From an uncultured Acidimicrobiia bacterium (GTDB taxonomy: Bacteria; Acidobacteriota; Terriglobia; Versatilivoradales; Versatilivoraceae): a stretch of DNA of 64,000 nt. The stretch lies in contig CAWBAT010000007.1 of the NCBI GenBank assembly GCA_963786955.1, positions 1 through 64,000 of the forward strand, read 5' to 3'. The notes beneath the pieces are model-generated. The model saw nothing but the letters and a program-made list of their open reading frames with translations, was not told where the DNA came from and made no database searches. Shown here in pieces: positions 28,923 to 40,054 of this stretch. Numbering within the stretch: the stretch's first letter is position 1; every line of letters begins with the position of its first letter. The translations under genes were made by a program, and so were the position numbers.

Positions 28923-31900
28923 CTACCACGTGAACCGCAAGGAAAGTTGGATCTGCCGCGCCGTGTTGGACTGCGAAGTAATTTGGCCAAATGACCCGCT
29001 TCCAAATGTTGCGTTTGGACCGTTGAACATAGGAGTATTAAATGCATTGAGCATTTCGGCTCGGAACTGAAGATTCATACTTTCTTTGATGGGTACGTTT
29101 TTGAAGAGCGACAGATCCCAATTCGCCATCCCAGGACCTCGCATGGGGATATACCGGCCAACGTTTCCGAAAGTAAACTGGGGAGCCGCTACGAATGCGG
29201 CCGGGTCGAAGTAGTTATACATCCTCTCTTCAAGGCTGCCACTTGTTTTAGGGTCAACTCCAGTCGCATTCGGCCGTTGACCGGCATATCCATAAGCGGC
29301 ATTGCGATTTACGCTCTGACTAATGGCGACTGGGAATCCACTCCGAAAGGCAGCTATTGCGTTGACCTGCCACCCGCCAAAGGCATAATCCAAAGCGGTG
29401 TTGTTGATCTGGAAATGCTTGTTTTTTCCGACCGGCAGTTCGTACGAGGACATGAGGGACCAAGTTACCGGTGCTTGCCAGTTTGACGCCGCATATTCAG
29501 CGGCTACATTAAACGGGTTCTGGACTCCAGTCGGACCAGGCATTTGGACATTTCCCGCACTGGCAAGATCGAAGCTTCTGGCCCAAGTCAGCATGGTATT
29601 GAACATGAATCCTTTGCTATAACGTTTCTGGGCTCTGATCACCATCGAATCGTATTTGGAATGGTTCAGATCGGTGCTCTGAAAGTTCACTTGACCATAG
29701 GTCACGAAAGGAAGAAGAAGTTGGTACGCCGGAACCGTGGGGGTCCCAATGATGCCCGTGCCGCCTTGGCCGTAAAAGGGATTGGGGACAGGTTGGTTCA
29801 GTGCGGTACCCTTGGAGAAGTAAGCAGGGTCCAGAACATTTTGGTTCAGGTCTAGGCCTGCGGTGCTGCCGGTAAGATGTGTTGCGCGAGTCCCCAGGTA
29901 TCCGGCTGAGACGACGATACCATAAGGAAACTCATGTTGGAGGTCGAGCGAGTATTGTTGAATCTTGGGCGACACGGACCACGGGCACCAGAGCCCGACA
30001 TTCTGGCCGACTCCAGTGAGAGATCCTTGGGATTTGCCAACCGGCTGAAGGAGCCCATTAGGGTATGGATTGCTAAGCGAATTCGCCGGGGTTGCACCCC
30101 CGTCGACTGTGGCAATGTACGGCGAGACTGCGGTATAGCCGGCTGGGGCAAGGGGTGACCCCGGCGAGGACTGTGGCGCCCGGATAACGCCGTAGCCCCC
30201 ACGAAGAACGGTCTGACTATTGATCTGATAGGCAAAGCCGATGCGCGGAGACACTTTGTTTAGATTGGGGTCGCCAACGTAGGTATTATTCCTGCCCTGT
30301 CCGGCAAACTGAATTACCCCTTTCGGATTGAGTGCGGGGGCGGCCGGAGCCAGAGGGTTCGTGGCATTTTCATCGAAGTTCACATAGAGCCGGTTTTCAA
30401 TTTCCTGTAGGCCGGTCTCTCGCTCCCAGCGAAGGCCCAAGTTAAGAGTCAGCTTACTGCTGACACGAAAATCGTCTTGAACATAGGCTGCATAATAATA
30501 GGAATAATCAGTGAGCTTTTGGGCGATGGATGTGGTCCCAGAGGATGGATATCCGAGCAGCAAGTCTGCCATATCAGCACCCGTGCCTGAAATGGGAGCC
30601 ACAGGACTTGAGGCAGAAAAGGTGCCGTTGAAGTTGAATGAGCCGGACATGTCTCCATAACCGTAACCCTGCACGAGCATCTTTCGAAAGTCGAATCCTG
30701 CCTTGATGTTATGGCGTCCGTGACTGTGCGAAATAATGGCCGCAACGGTATTGTTCGTGTAAGTGTTCCACGAGCCATTTCCGTTTGACAGCTGGTCTCC
30801 GGCCATCACCGTCGTCTGGGTGATGAGGGGGAATTTGCGACCCATCATTCCTTGTACATAGTTTTCCGGAAACCCCAAGGTAGCAGGATTGAAACCAGCG
30901 ACCTCGCTCGTCGTGTAGAAGACGTTGGGAAAACGATTGAAACCGTAGGATACAGCCACCACGGTGGTCGGGTTAATCATAAATTGATTGTTGATTGCAG
31001 TCGCATTTGAGGTACGGTCCAGCCGCCATTGCTGGTTGGATGCCATCGTGCCAAAAAAGTTTGGCCCTGGTGCCACCGTTTGTTGCCGCATCAAACTGAG
31101 GGTGACATTCCACCAGGGAAACAACACCTGGTCCAGTTTTCCAATGTATTGGCGCGCGCGCGACACTTGTGAGACGGAGAAGGTCACATCGGGAGTCGCC
31201 GTAGAAAGCGGGCAGTCGCCCCAGGCATTGGGTAGTAGGCGGCGATGTTTTTCCCAACGTTATTGATCCTGTTGGCTGGGATTATAGCCCCCGCAAAGGG
31301 TTGACGGGTGTAAGTCCCATCAGCATTCTTGACAGTGGTTAAAGGGTCATAAATCACAGCCGGTTTGAAAGTATTCCCTACCTTGATCTTGGTTTGCGAG
31401 AAGTCGCCTGCCCGCTCGAGGGCAGTGGGAACGTAATAGGTGGCTGTGGCGGCTACCGAATTGTTGTAACCTTCAGCGGCAACAAAGAAAAAAGTCTTGT
31501 TCCTCCCGTTGTAGAGCTTCGGGATAATAATCGGGCCTCCCGCGCTGCCCGCCAAAGTATCGTTTGGTATCGGACTGAGTGGCCGGCCAGCTTTGTTGTT
31601 GAAGAAGAGATTCGCATCCATACCCGTCCGGCGAATGCTACCATAAAGGCTCCCATGAAAATCATTGGTGCCGGACTTTAGCGTGGTATTGAATACGCCA
31701 CCCCCCGTGCGCCCCATCTCCCCATCATAAGTGTTGAGCTGGATCTTCATTTCAGACACTGCCTCCAGGGATGGGATCATGATCGGGAACCCAAACCAGG
31801 CGGTGGTATTCACTCCGTCAATCATATAGCTGTTCTGCCACAGCATTCCGCCGGCTACGGTTGTTAGCGCGACGGCGCTCTGGGTCTGCATTCCGGAACT

Positions 31901-32527
31901 TGATGGGTTGCCCACGGGGATCACATTTTGCGACAACTTGTTAGAAAAGGTGTACAAGTTGCGGTCAAAGTCCGGAAGCTCAGTCAACTGCTGATTGGTC
32001 ATGACCTGACCATTATTCCCATTGGAGGTCACCAGCAAGGGAAGAACATCTCCCGCCGTGACTTCGACTGTTTCGGTCACGTTGCCGATCACCAAGTCCA
32101 GGTCCAGGTTTACTTGCCCCGCAGGTGTGATAACCACACCCGTCTTCTCGAACTTCTTAAAACCAGTGACCTCCGCCACAACAGAATAGACCGAGGAGGG
32201 AACGAGGAGACTGAAGACATATTCTCCATCGGAGTTTGTCGTGGTGTTACGCGTGAGGTTTGTTGCCTTATCGATGAGCGACACCTTCACGTTCGGGATA
32301 ATTGCGCCATTCGGGTCCCGAACAATACCGCGTAGACTCCCATAGTAGGACTGGCCGAGCAATGTTGCAGGTGTAAACACCATGAACAATAAGACCATCG
32401 CTTCAAGAGCCAGAAAACCAAGACCTGCAGAAATTCGGGGGGTAACTCTGACAAAAGGCTTACTGTAGTCATCTGCGAAACCATTCAACGGGAGAAAGGA
32501 AATACACTGTTGCATCTTGGGGATCAC
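28923..32527 (-). CDS. TonB-dependent receptor (Oar-like, carboxypeptidase regulatory-like N-domain), frameshifted near 31185-31215
   Basis: GSLRGIVRDPNGAII, GRTGGGVFN...KSGTNDFHG, YVQDDFRV..KLTLNLGLRWE, SPRIGFAY, QFRAEMLNAFN, terminal RQIQLSLRFTW; the two ORFs join through FYGDS. Confidence 0.9.
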
Positions 32528-33009
32528 GGTAATCCTCCTTATCGGATGTTCAATTTAACCGCAGAATTCAAAACTAAGGTTGCTAATCGAGGTGTGTTAG
32601 ATTGTGCTAGCTAGCCAGCAATGCCACTTTTAGGCCTGTAGTGATTCTAGGACACGCAGAAATGTTCTTGAGTTTTTTCGCAAAACCTTCAGAATTCCCT
32701 TGATGTAATGTAACTTGCAAGAATTGTAGAGAATATATGCAATCTCTCTGCCAGAACTGTCACAGTCTTATGATTCCTTCATAAACGTCTATTTTAATAA
32801 TGAGTTACCTAATTATTGCGTAATTATCGGCGTAGACTCAGCACCACGAAAGACACACAAATTATACGAAATGGTGGATTCATATCTGAAATTCTGTATT
32901 CTTACTTTTCGAACTCGAACATTCTAACTAATGAAATAAATTGGGCCACAAACGCAAGAGGCGAAACAGAATGCGGCAAACACTTTAATCCTCATCCGCC
33001 GAATTCCCC

Positions 33010-33086
33010 GTAGCGCAGACCCGATTTTAAGGGTCTGCGGTTTTATGGTAGAACCGCCGCAGATTCAAAAGGCAAATCTGCGTTAC
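33010..33086 (+). repeat. GTAG-REP doublet downstream of RAYT
   Basis: GTAGCGCAGACCC-gattttaa-GGGTCTGCG and CGCAGATT-caaaaggca-AATCTGCGttac. Confidence 0.85.
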
Positions 33087-33152
33087 AAATGCATTTGGTG
33101 GAGGCGACGAACAGTGCAAATGCTTTTGGTGGGTCGAAGGGTCCGAGTGGTT

Positions 33153-33659
33153 TTAGTAGAAACGGGCTTTAGGGTCGAGGGGTAGCTGCGCACGATCGAT
33201 GGCGAGCTTTACCGGTCCGGGTCCCCCGTAAGAATGGATGCTCGACCATGCCCATTCCTCAGGAGTCTTGACCAGAGATCGTTTCACTGGGTTGTGATGA
33301 ATGTAATCGAGGCAGGTGTGGTATTTCTCTACCGTTCTCAGAGCGTGATCAAAAAATCGACCTTGCCAGAGCTGACCTGACTGCTTTCGCTGCAAGTTGA
33401 TTTGAAGAGTAGACCGAACCTTAACGACTTTCATGACCTTGGAAATGGTGAGTGGATGGTGCGGAAAGATTATGGCATGCCAGTGGTCAGGCAGAAAGAC
33501 CCACGCCGTCAGCAGAAAATGGTGAGAGGCACGGGCTGACTGAATAGCCTTGGCTAAACAACCGAAATCTTCTTCACTGAGAAGACGACGACGTCGGCTC
33601 AAAGTACAGGTCACAAAGAAAAACCGGTCAGAAATATACAACCGGCGCAGGCGGGACAT
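33153..33659 (-). mobile_element. rayT: REP-associated tyrosine transposase (RAYT / TnpA-REP, Y1 HUH)
   Basis: FFVTC, AWVFLPDHWH (HUH), LWQGRFFDHALR, YIHHNPV, W.WSS; AAGGAGG RBS; REPs on both sides. Confidence 0.9.
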
Positions 33660-33698
33660 TAGCGGCCACCTCCTTTTCGGTATGTTGAGAGAATAATT

Positions 33699-33848
33699 GT
33701 AGCGCAGACCTGATGTCTAGGTCTGCGGCTTGTTGGTGGCGGTCACGACGAATTACCTGTAGCGCAGACCTGATTTCCAGGTCTGCGGCTTTTTTTAGGT
33801 GGGGGTCACGACGAACTGCCGCAGAGTCAGAAGGCGACTCTGCCCTAC
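33699..33848 (+). repeat. GTAG-REP tandem array (2 direct units plus 1 inverted unit) upstream of RAYT
   Basis: Units at 33699 and 33759; inverted unit ends CTAC at 33848; linkers resemble those of 28583-28795. Confidence 0.9.
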
Positions 33849-33865
33849 AACTGCTTTTGGTGATC

Positions 33866-34885
33866 CTACGTCCGTGAATTCCTAAAATGGTCGAAGCCGG
33901 CGGCGGGAAGTCTGCGGATTCGGCCCGCTTCCTCGATCGAACAGATCCTCTTTTGACCTGTGATCTTGCCAATCTCGTGCACGGGGATGCCGTCGATATG
34001 AGAGGGAACAAGATGGGTCTTTGGGGAGGGGACAGCGAATAATAACTCATAGTCTTCGCCGCCATTCAAGGCATAGTTTATTGGTGATTGTCCCAATTCT
34101 TTTTTCATTGTCGCGGATAACTTTGGGAGTGGAATTTTGGACTCTTCGATTGCGGCGCCGACCTGGCTTTGTTCGCACAAATGGTGCAGATCCGTTGAAA
34201 GCCCGTCGCTGACGTCGATCAAGGCTGAGGCAATTCGATGAGCAGAAAGATATCTTCCAATGACAAGACGAGGATTCGGTCTGAGGTGCCGCTCGATGAA
34301 ATGGTTGCGTGGGCGCGAGGCCTTGGATCCAGTCTTCAGAAGTTCCAAGCCGATCGCCGATTCGCCCAGCGTCCCCGTCACAAATAGAATATCGCCCGGT
34401 CTTGCCCCTGAACGCGTCAACAGTTGGTGGGACTTGACCTCTCCAAGAATTGTCACGTCGATAAACAGGTCTTTGGGGGAAGAGCAAGTATCGCCTCCCA
34501 CGAGCGCAACTCCGTGTCTCGATGCGAGCTGACTGAGTCCACGGTAGAAGTCGACGATGAAGCCGGAAGGGATCTTGGGGGGAATTCCCAAGGTTGTCAG
34601 AGCATAAAGCGGGCTCCCACCCATCGCCGCGATATCGGAGAGATTGACGGCTAGAGCTTTCCATCCGAGATTTCTTGGGGAAGTCCACTCCCTATCGAAA
34701 TGGATGCCTTCGATTAAAGCGTCGGAAGATGCCAACAGCAAATAGCCTGGCCTGGCGCGGAAAGCGGCAGCATCATCGCCAATGGAGAGAAGGAGTCGCC
34801 CCCGAACGGGTTTTCTTTTCTGAGTGATCTGCAGGATTCGAGAGAGGATCCGAGATTCAGCCGGTAACCGGCGCCGTGCGGTCAT
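33866..34885 (-). CDS. thiL: thiamine-monophosphate kinase
   Basis: IGDDAA, EGIHF, KALAVNLSDIAAMGG, VGGDT, IDVSDGL, GGEDYEL. Confidence 0.95.
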   Translation of the reverse strand: MTARRRLPAESRILSRILQITQKRKPVRGRLLLSIGDDAAAFRARPGYLLLASSDALIEGIHFDREWTSPRNLGWKALAVNLSDIAAMGGSPLYALTTLGIPPKIPSGFIVDFYRGLSQLASRHGVALVGGDTCSSPKDLFIDVTILGEVKSHQLLTRSGARPGDILFVTGTLGESAIGLELLKTGSKASRPRNHFIERHLRPNPRLVIGRYLSAHRIASALIDVSDGLSTDLHHLCEQSQVGAAIEESKIPLPKLSATMKKELGQSPINYALNGGEDYELLFAVPSPKTHLVPSHIDGIPVHEIGKITGQKRICSIEEAGRIRRLPAAGFDHFRNSRT

Positions 34886-37269
34886 CTCTTTTTAGCGGGC
34901 ACAGCCTTTCCAGAACTCAGGCTTTTGATCGCCAGTTTGAGAACCTGGGTCACGTCCTCTACGGGGATGATTTGCAGCGAGGAGCGGACATCACTCGTCA
35001 ATTCATCCAGATCTTTGAGATTTAAGTGGGGGATAATCACCTTCTTGATTTTTGCCCGGCGGGCCGCCAGGATTTTCTCCTTCAGGCCGCCGATTGGAAG
35101 GACATTTCCACGCAGAGTAATCTCTCCGGTCATCGCCACATCCCGGTGAACCGGGCGTCCGGTAAATAGAGAAATCATCGAGGTGGCGAGGGCGATTCCG
35201 GCTGACGGCCCGTCCTTGGGAATGGCTCCTTCCGGGACATGAATATGAATATCCCGGTCCTGGAAATAATCCTCCTGGATTCCGAGGTCTTTGGCATTGC
35301 TCTTGGCGTAACTAAGAGCTGCTTGAGCGGACTCTTTCATGACGTCTCCCAACTTGCCCGTCAACATGAGATTACCCCGTCCTCGCATCGCCGTCGTTTC
35401 GATGAACATGATTTCTCCACCCGTCGGAGTCCAGGCCAATCCCGTGGCAACGCCAATCTGATCTTTCTTTGAAAGCGCGTCCAACAATATCTTGGGAGAG
35501 CCGAGGAATTCATGGACGTTTTCTTTGTTGATCCGGTACAGCTTATCTTTACCTTCAGCCAGACGCATGGCCACTTTCCTACAAACCGAGCCGATTTCTC
35601 TCTCGAGATTTCTCAAGCCGGCTTCCCGCGTATATTGAGAGATGATCGTCTGAATGGCGTTGTCTTTAAAGACAACCTTTTTCAGGGTCAATCCATTTTC
35701 ATTGAGTTGTTTGGGAATGAGATGTTTCTTGGCGATCGCCAGTTTCTCTTCTTCGGTGTAGCCAGAGAGTTCAATGACCTCCATCCGATCGCGAAATGCA
35801 GGCTGGATCGTGTCCAACAGATTGGCCGTGAGGATGAACAGCACTTTAGAGAGGTCGAAAGGCACCCCTAGATAATTATCCCGGAAAGTAGAATTCTGTT
35901 CCGGATCTAAAACCTCGAGCAGCGCCGAAGAAGGGTCGCCGCGATAGTCCATCCCGATCTTGTCGACTTCGTCCATCATGAAGACTGGATTTCGTGATCC
36001 CGCCTGATGAATTCCCTGGACGATTCGGCCTGGCATGGCTCCAACGTAGGTTCGGCGATGCCCTCGAATTTCAGCTTCATCATGAACACCCCCGAGGCTT
36101 AGCCGCACAAATTTCCGTTCGAGGGTTCGAGCGACCGATTTTCCAAGCGAGGTTTTCCCAACGCCCGGCGGGCCCACAAAACACAGGATAGGGCCTTTAA
36201 TGTCTCCCTTAATCTTGCGCACTGCCAGATATTCCAGAATTCTTTCTTTGACCTTCTGCAGCCCGGTATGATCTTCGTCGAGAATTTGCCTGGCGCGCTT
36301 GAGATCTAAATTGTCATTCGTTAAGGCGGACCATGGCAGGGTAACCATCCAGTCGAGATAATTGCGCACCGTTGCGGTTTCGGCCGAATCGGGATGCATC
36401 CGCTCGAGTTTTTTGATCTGCCGCTCACATTCTTCAGTGACCTCCTTGCTCATGTTCGCCTTGGTTATTTTTTCTCTCAGTTGCTGGATCTCTTCAGAGA
36501 ATTCGCTACTTTCGCCCAATTCCTGCTGGATCGCTTTCAGCTGTTGTCGCAAGAAGAATTCGCGCTGCGACTTGTCGATCTCGCCTTTAGCCTGGGTATT
36601 GATTTCCTGCTGAACCGTGAGGAGTTCAATCTCCTTGGTGAGGAACTCATAAATTTTCCGCAATCGGGCCAATGAATCCACCAAGTCCAGGGCCATCTGT
36701 GCATCCGGAGCCTTCAGCTCCAGATTGGAGGCCACTAAGTCAGCCAATCGGCCGGGATCTTCCAGATTGGCAACCAGCACCATGACTTCGGGCGAGATGT
36801 TCTTCCCCAAATTGACCGCTTTTTCCAATGAGCTCCTAACCGTCCGAACCAGCGCGGTGACTTCAAGCGGCGGGTTCTCCAGCGTCGTTTCGGTAATGAC
36901 ATTAATCTTGGCGAGGACGTACGGTTTGGTTTCCTCGTCAAACGTCTCGACCTTGGCACGGGAAAGGCCTTGGGCCAAAATGCGGACTCGTCCGTCGGGA
37001 AGCTTGAGCATCCGCATGATAATGGCGACTGTTCCCATCTGATACAGGTCCTTGGCCAGAGGCTCTTCCAAGTCCATTTCCTTTTGGGTGACTAAGAGGA
37101 TCAATCGATTCTCTGAGAGGGACTGGTCGACAGCCTTGATCGATCGATCACGGCTCACAAACAGCGGGACAATCATAAATGGAAACACGACGATGTCCCG
37201 CAACGCCAGCACTGGCAAGACGTCAGGAATTTTTACTTGAGTTTCCTCGGTTTTTTCTTCTTCTGCCAT
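34882..37269 (-). CDS. lon: ATP-dependent Lon protease
   Basis: GPPGVGKT, EIRGHRRTY, PKDGPSAG, AMTGEITLRG, IGGLKEK. Confidence 0.98.
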   Translation of the reverse strand: MAEEEKTEETQVKIPDVLPVLALRDIVVFPFMIVPLFVSRDRSIKAVDQSLSENRLILLVTQKEMDLEEPLAKDLYQMGTVAIIMRMLKLPDGRVRILAQGLSRAKVETFDEETKPYVLAKINVITETTLENPPLEVTALVRTVRSSLEKAVNLGKNISPEVMVLVANLEDPGRLADLVASNLELKAPDAQMALDLVDSLARLRKIYEFLTKEIELLTVQQEINTQAKGEIDKSQREFFLRQQLKAIQQELGESSEFSEEIQQLREKITKANMSKEVTEECERQIKKLERMHPDSAETATVRNYLDWMVTLPWSALTNDNLDLKRARQILDEDHTGLQKVKERILEYLAVRKIKGDIKGPILCFVGPPGVGKTSLGKSVARTLERKFVRLSLGGVHDEAEIRGHRRTYVGAMPGRIVQGIHQAGSRNPVFMMDEVDKIGMDYRGDPSSALLEVLDPEQNSTFRDNYLGVPFDLSKVLFILTANLLDTIQPAFRDRMEVIELSGYTEEEKLAIAKKHLIPKQLNENGLTLKKVVFKDNAIQTIISQYTREAGLRNLEREIGSVCRKVAMRLAEGKDKLYRINKENVHEFLGSPKILLDALSKKDQIGVATGLAWTPTGGEIMFIETTAMRGRGNLMLTGKLGDVMKESAQAALSYAKSNAKDLGIQEDYFQDRDIHIHVPEGAIPKDGPSAGIALATSMISLFTGRPVHRDVAMTGEITLRGNVLPIGGLKEKILAARRAKIKKVIIPHLNLKDLDELTSDVRSSLQIIPVEDVTQVLKLAIKSLSSGKAVPAKKR

Positions 37270-37280
37270 AATGTCGTTGG

Positions 37281-37727
37281 TTAGCTTTCAAGAGAAATAG
37301 TGCGTTCGAGTTGTCTTCGGTTTGGAAGTTTCGGCAGCCAAATCGTGACGAGCCCATCGTGGAGTTTGGCTCGGACCGCATTGATATCAATGGCTGCATT
37401 AATGTACAGGTTTCGGCAGAACTTTCCATAAGAACGTTCTAGGCAGATATAGCGCACTTTGTTCCGGTGGACCGGCTGCCTTTTTTCTCCACTGATTTCC
37501 ATAAAACCTTCCTTAATCACAATATGCAAATCCTTAGCATGTACACCGGGTACCTCTGCTTTGATCACAATTTCATTCGCATCTTCGCTGAGATCAATGC
37601 AGGGGGCCCACTGGCTATTGGAACTCAAGAGCCCTTCAGAGATCCGTTCAGAAAGATAGCTGACCAGTTGACTGACGTCCTCTTGCAGCTTAATCAGTTC
37701 TAAGAATGAAGGGGTAGACCTGAACAT
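37281..37727 (-). CDS. Hsp20/alpha-crystallin small heat-shock protein
   Basis: P.IDLSE...IKAEVPG, ISGEK, ERSYGKF, AKLHDGLVTIWLPK. Confidence 0.9.
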   Translation of the reverse strand: MFRSTPSFLELIKLQEDVSQLVSYLSERISEGLLSSNSQWAPCIDLSEDANEIVIKAEVPGVHAKDLHIVIKEGFMEISGEKRQPVHRNKVRYICLERSYGKFCRNLYINAAIDINAVRAKLHDGLVTIWLPKLPNRRQLERTISLES

Positions 37728-37891
37728 TAGAGTATTGTCCGCACCCAGTTCCTGTCACGCCAAGCCAACGGCAGCAATTTTACAAATCAATTCGGCACAT
37801 TCAGAAGATCTATGAAAGGGTGTTCTGATTTGCGCAACTTGCCTCGTCCAACGCCAAGTGAACCCTGAATGATCCTGCATGGCGGAAATTA

Positions 37892-38347
37892 TTATTTTAC
37901 TTTAAGAAGCTCTCTCAATTCAGACATGAATTCCTTAATGTCCTTAAAATCGAGGTAGACGGAGGCAAATCGTACGTAGGCGACTTTATCGAGTTTACGA
38001 AGTCTTTCCATTAACATTTCGCCAATCTCACTGGTGGCGCGTTCGCGCTCGTTCGATTCTTGAACGTAAGACTCAATCTCATTGACGATTGACTCCAACT
38101 GCCCGATGCTCACAGGGCGTTTTTCACACGCTTTAAGCAAACCGCCGAGTACTTTCTGGCGTTCGAATTTTTCCCGGCTTCCATCCTTCTTGACAACCAT
38201 ATAAGGAATTTCGTCGATTCGTTCATAACTTGTAAACCGTCGGGTGCAGTCGAGGCACTCACGACGGCGCCGGATCACATCTCCTTCCCGGCTTTCACGT
38301 GAATCAACAACCTTGTCCTCAAGGTGTCCGCAAAATGGGCATTTCAT
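37892..38347 (-). CDS. nrdR: transcriptional repressor NrdR
   Basis: MKCPFC...VVDSR...IRRRREC..C..RFTSYE; ATP cone; [10 protein letters not shown]. Confidence 0.98.
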   Translation of the reverse strand: MKCPFCGHLEDKVVDSRESREGDVIRRRRECLDCTRRFTSYERIDEIPYMVVKKDGSREKFERQKVLGGLLKACEKRPVSIGQLESIVNEIESYVQESNERERATSEIGEMLMERLRKLDKVAYVRFASVYLDFKDIKEFMSELRELLKVK

Positions 38348-38626
38348 GGTTGAACTCTAAACTTTCAGTTATCCTTATCCCGCCCGGGAGTCCATCACTT
38401 AAAGCAGCTCGGGTCTCCCTGGAGCGGGCCCGAAACGCCAAATCGCCCTAAAAGTAACTAAACTGTAAGTTTAAGTCAAGTTCGAATAAGGCTTAAGCTT
38501 TTATTTATCAATGGATAACAGGCTGTTCGAATCATGTCATGGCAAAAATCGAATTCTTTCTCACCTTGAAAATCCCAGCTGTTTATAATCTGATTAGGAT
38601 TGGGCTTCTCGAGAGAACAGATTTAT

Positions 38627-38652
38627 TGAACCTTCTTTCTTCCTTCTGCGTT
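38627..38652 (+). promoter_or_regulatory. ECF-sigma-type promoter, probably autoregulatory
   Basis: TGAACC-N16-CGTT, about 30 nt upstream of the ECF sigma gene. Confidence 0.55.
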
Positions 38653-38684
38653 AAATCATTTGAGGTTAAGCCGGGAGCCAACCG

Positions 38685-39284
38685 TTGAAGGATGTGGACG
38701 CGGACATTATTGAGCTGGCCCGAAGGGGTGACCCGGCTGCTTGGGAGCAGATCGTTACCTGCTATACAAGACGAGTCTATAACCTTTGTTATCGATTTCT
38801 GGGGCGTCTTGATCAAGCAGAGGATTTAACGCAGGAGATTTTTCTCAAAGTGTTTCGTAATCTGGAGAGCTATAAAGCGGAATCCGGCCAGTTTCACGCA
38901 TGGATAATTAGCGTTGGGCGGAATTTGCTGATCGATCACTACCGTCAGACTAAAGATGATCGGATCACTGTTTCAACCGAGGAAGACAGTGAATTCAGTG
39001 TGCTCGACATAATCCCGGCGCCTCAGGATAGCCCCCAGAACGAATTAGAACGGGAAGAGAGGGCCCTCTTGTTAAGGAAAGCTCTAAATCTTCTGCCGCC
39101 TCAGCTAAGGGAAGCGGCCATTCTTAGAGATCTCGAAGAATTGAGCTACGAGGAAATCGGCACTATCTTGAAGGTGCCCGAAGGAACAGTGAAATCACGC
39201 ATTAACCGCGCCCGGATTGAACTGGCGAAACACGTTCAGAGGCTGAGAACCCGGTCACGCAGGTTTTCATCAGGAGTTGGGTAG
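38685..39284 (+). CDS. ECF sigma factor
   Basis: AEDLTQEIFLK (region 2); LSYEEI..IL.VPEGTVKSRINRAR (region 4). Confidence 0.95.
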   Translation: MKDVDADIIELARRGDPAAWEQIVTCYTRRVYNLCYRFLGRLDQAEDLTQEIFLKVFRNLESYKAESGQFHAWIISVGRNLLIDHYRQTKDDRITVSTEEDSEFSVLDIIPAPQDSPQNELEREERALLLRKALNLLPPQLREAAILRDLEELSYEEIGTILKVPEGTVKSRINRARIELAKHVQRLRTRSRRFSSGVG

Positions 39285-39398
39285 TCCAAATAGGGATGCC
39301 GTGCTATTTGATGATAGGGTCGTGCAAATAATTGCCCCGGTTGGTGGGGCGTTCAACGAACGCTCCCTGTCAGGAGAGGAATAATCAAGAGAACCACA

Positions 39399-40043
39399 AT
39401 GATGGCCGACTGCTTCGAAATTCAGAATCATTTGCCCGATTACATGGATGACCGGCTCAGTGAAGCGATCCTGCTAGCCGTGCGAGCTCATTTGAATCGC
39501 TGTGAATCGTGTTCGCTTCTGCTCCTGGAGATGCAATATACGCTCAGGCTTTGCAAAGATTACCCGGAGCTGGAGCCTCCACCCGCCTTGTTGGAAAAGA
39601 TTCTGGTCCAAACTACCGGCCAGTACGAATTTCTTTCTTGGAGGGACTATTTGCGAGAATTGTTCCGTCCTCTTTTCGTCTCGCCACGGTTTGCCACTGG
39701 GGCGTTATTGGCCGCCATATCTTTATCCGTTGTGTTTAATGGGCTGGGAGTCAACTTAACAAGCCTGAGTCTCAGCGATCTGACTCCCCGTAACCTTGTG
39801 GAAAAAGTCGATCGAGTCATCAATATTGCTTATGACAATGGATTACGCCGACTGAATGACCTCAAGATCCTCTATCAAATCCAGTCTCGACTGGAGGAAC
39901 TGAAAATTCAAGGTGAGGAAGAGAAGGGCGTCCCTCTCGAAAAGGACAAGAGAAAAGAGGGAAGCGGGGTCTTAGAGAATTCGTCAGTGCATCCGGTCAT
40001 TGCTGGAAATGCGGATCACGCAGGTTCAGTAAATCTATTATAG
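39399..40043 (+). CDS. zinc-finger (zf-HC2) anti-sigma factor
   Basis: C....LPDY.D...HLNRCESC (HxxxCxxC) plus one TM segment. Confidence 0.85.
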   Translation: MMADCFEIQNHLPDYMDDRLSEAILLAVRAHLNRCESCSLLLLEMQYTLRLCKDYPELEPPPALLEKILVQTTGQYEFLSWRDYLRELFRPLFVSPRFATGALLAAISLSVVFNGLGVNLTSLSLSDLTPRNLVEKVDRVINIAYDNGLRRLNDLKILYQIQSRLEELKIQGEEEKGVPLEKDKRKEGSGVLENSSVHPVIAGNADHAGSVNLL

Positions 40044-40054
40044 GAAGTCATGAT

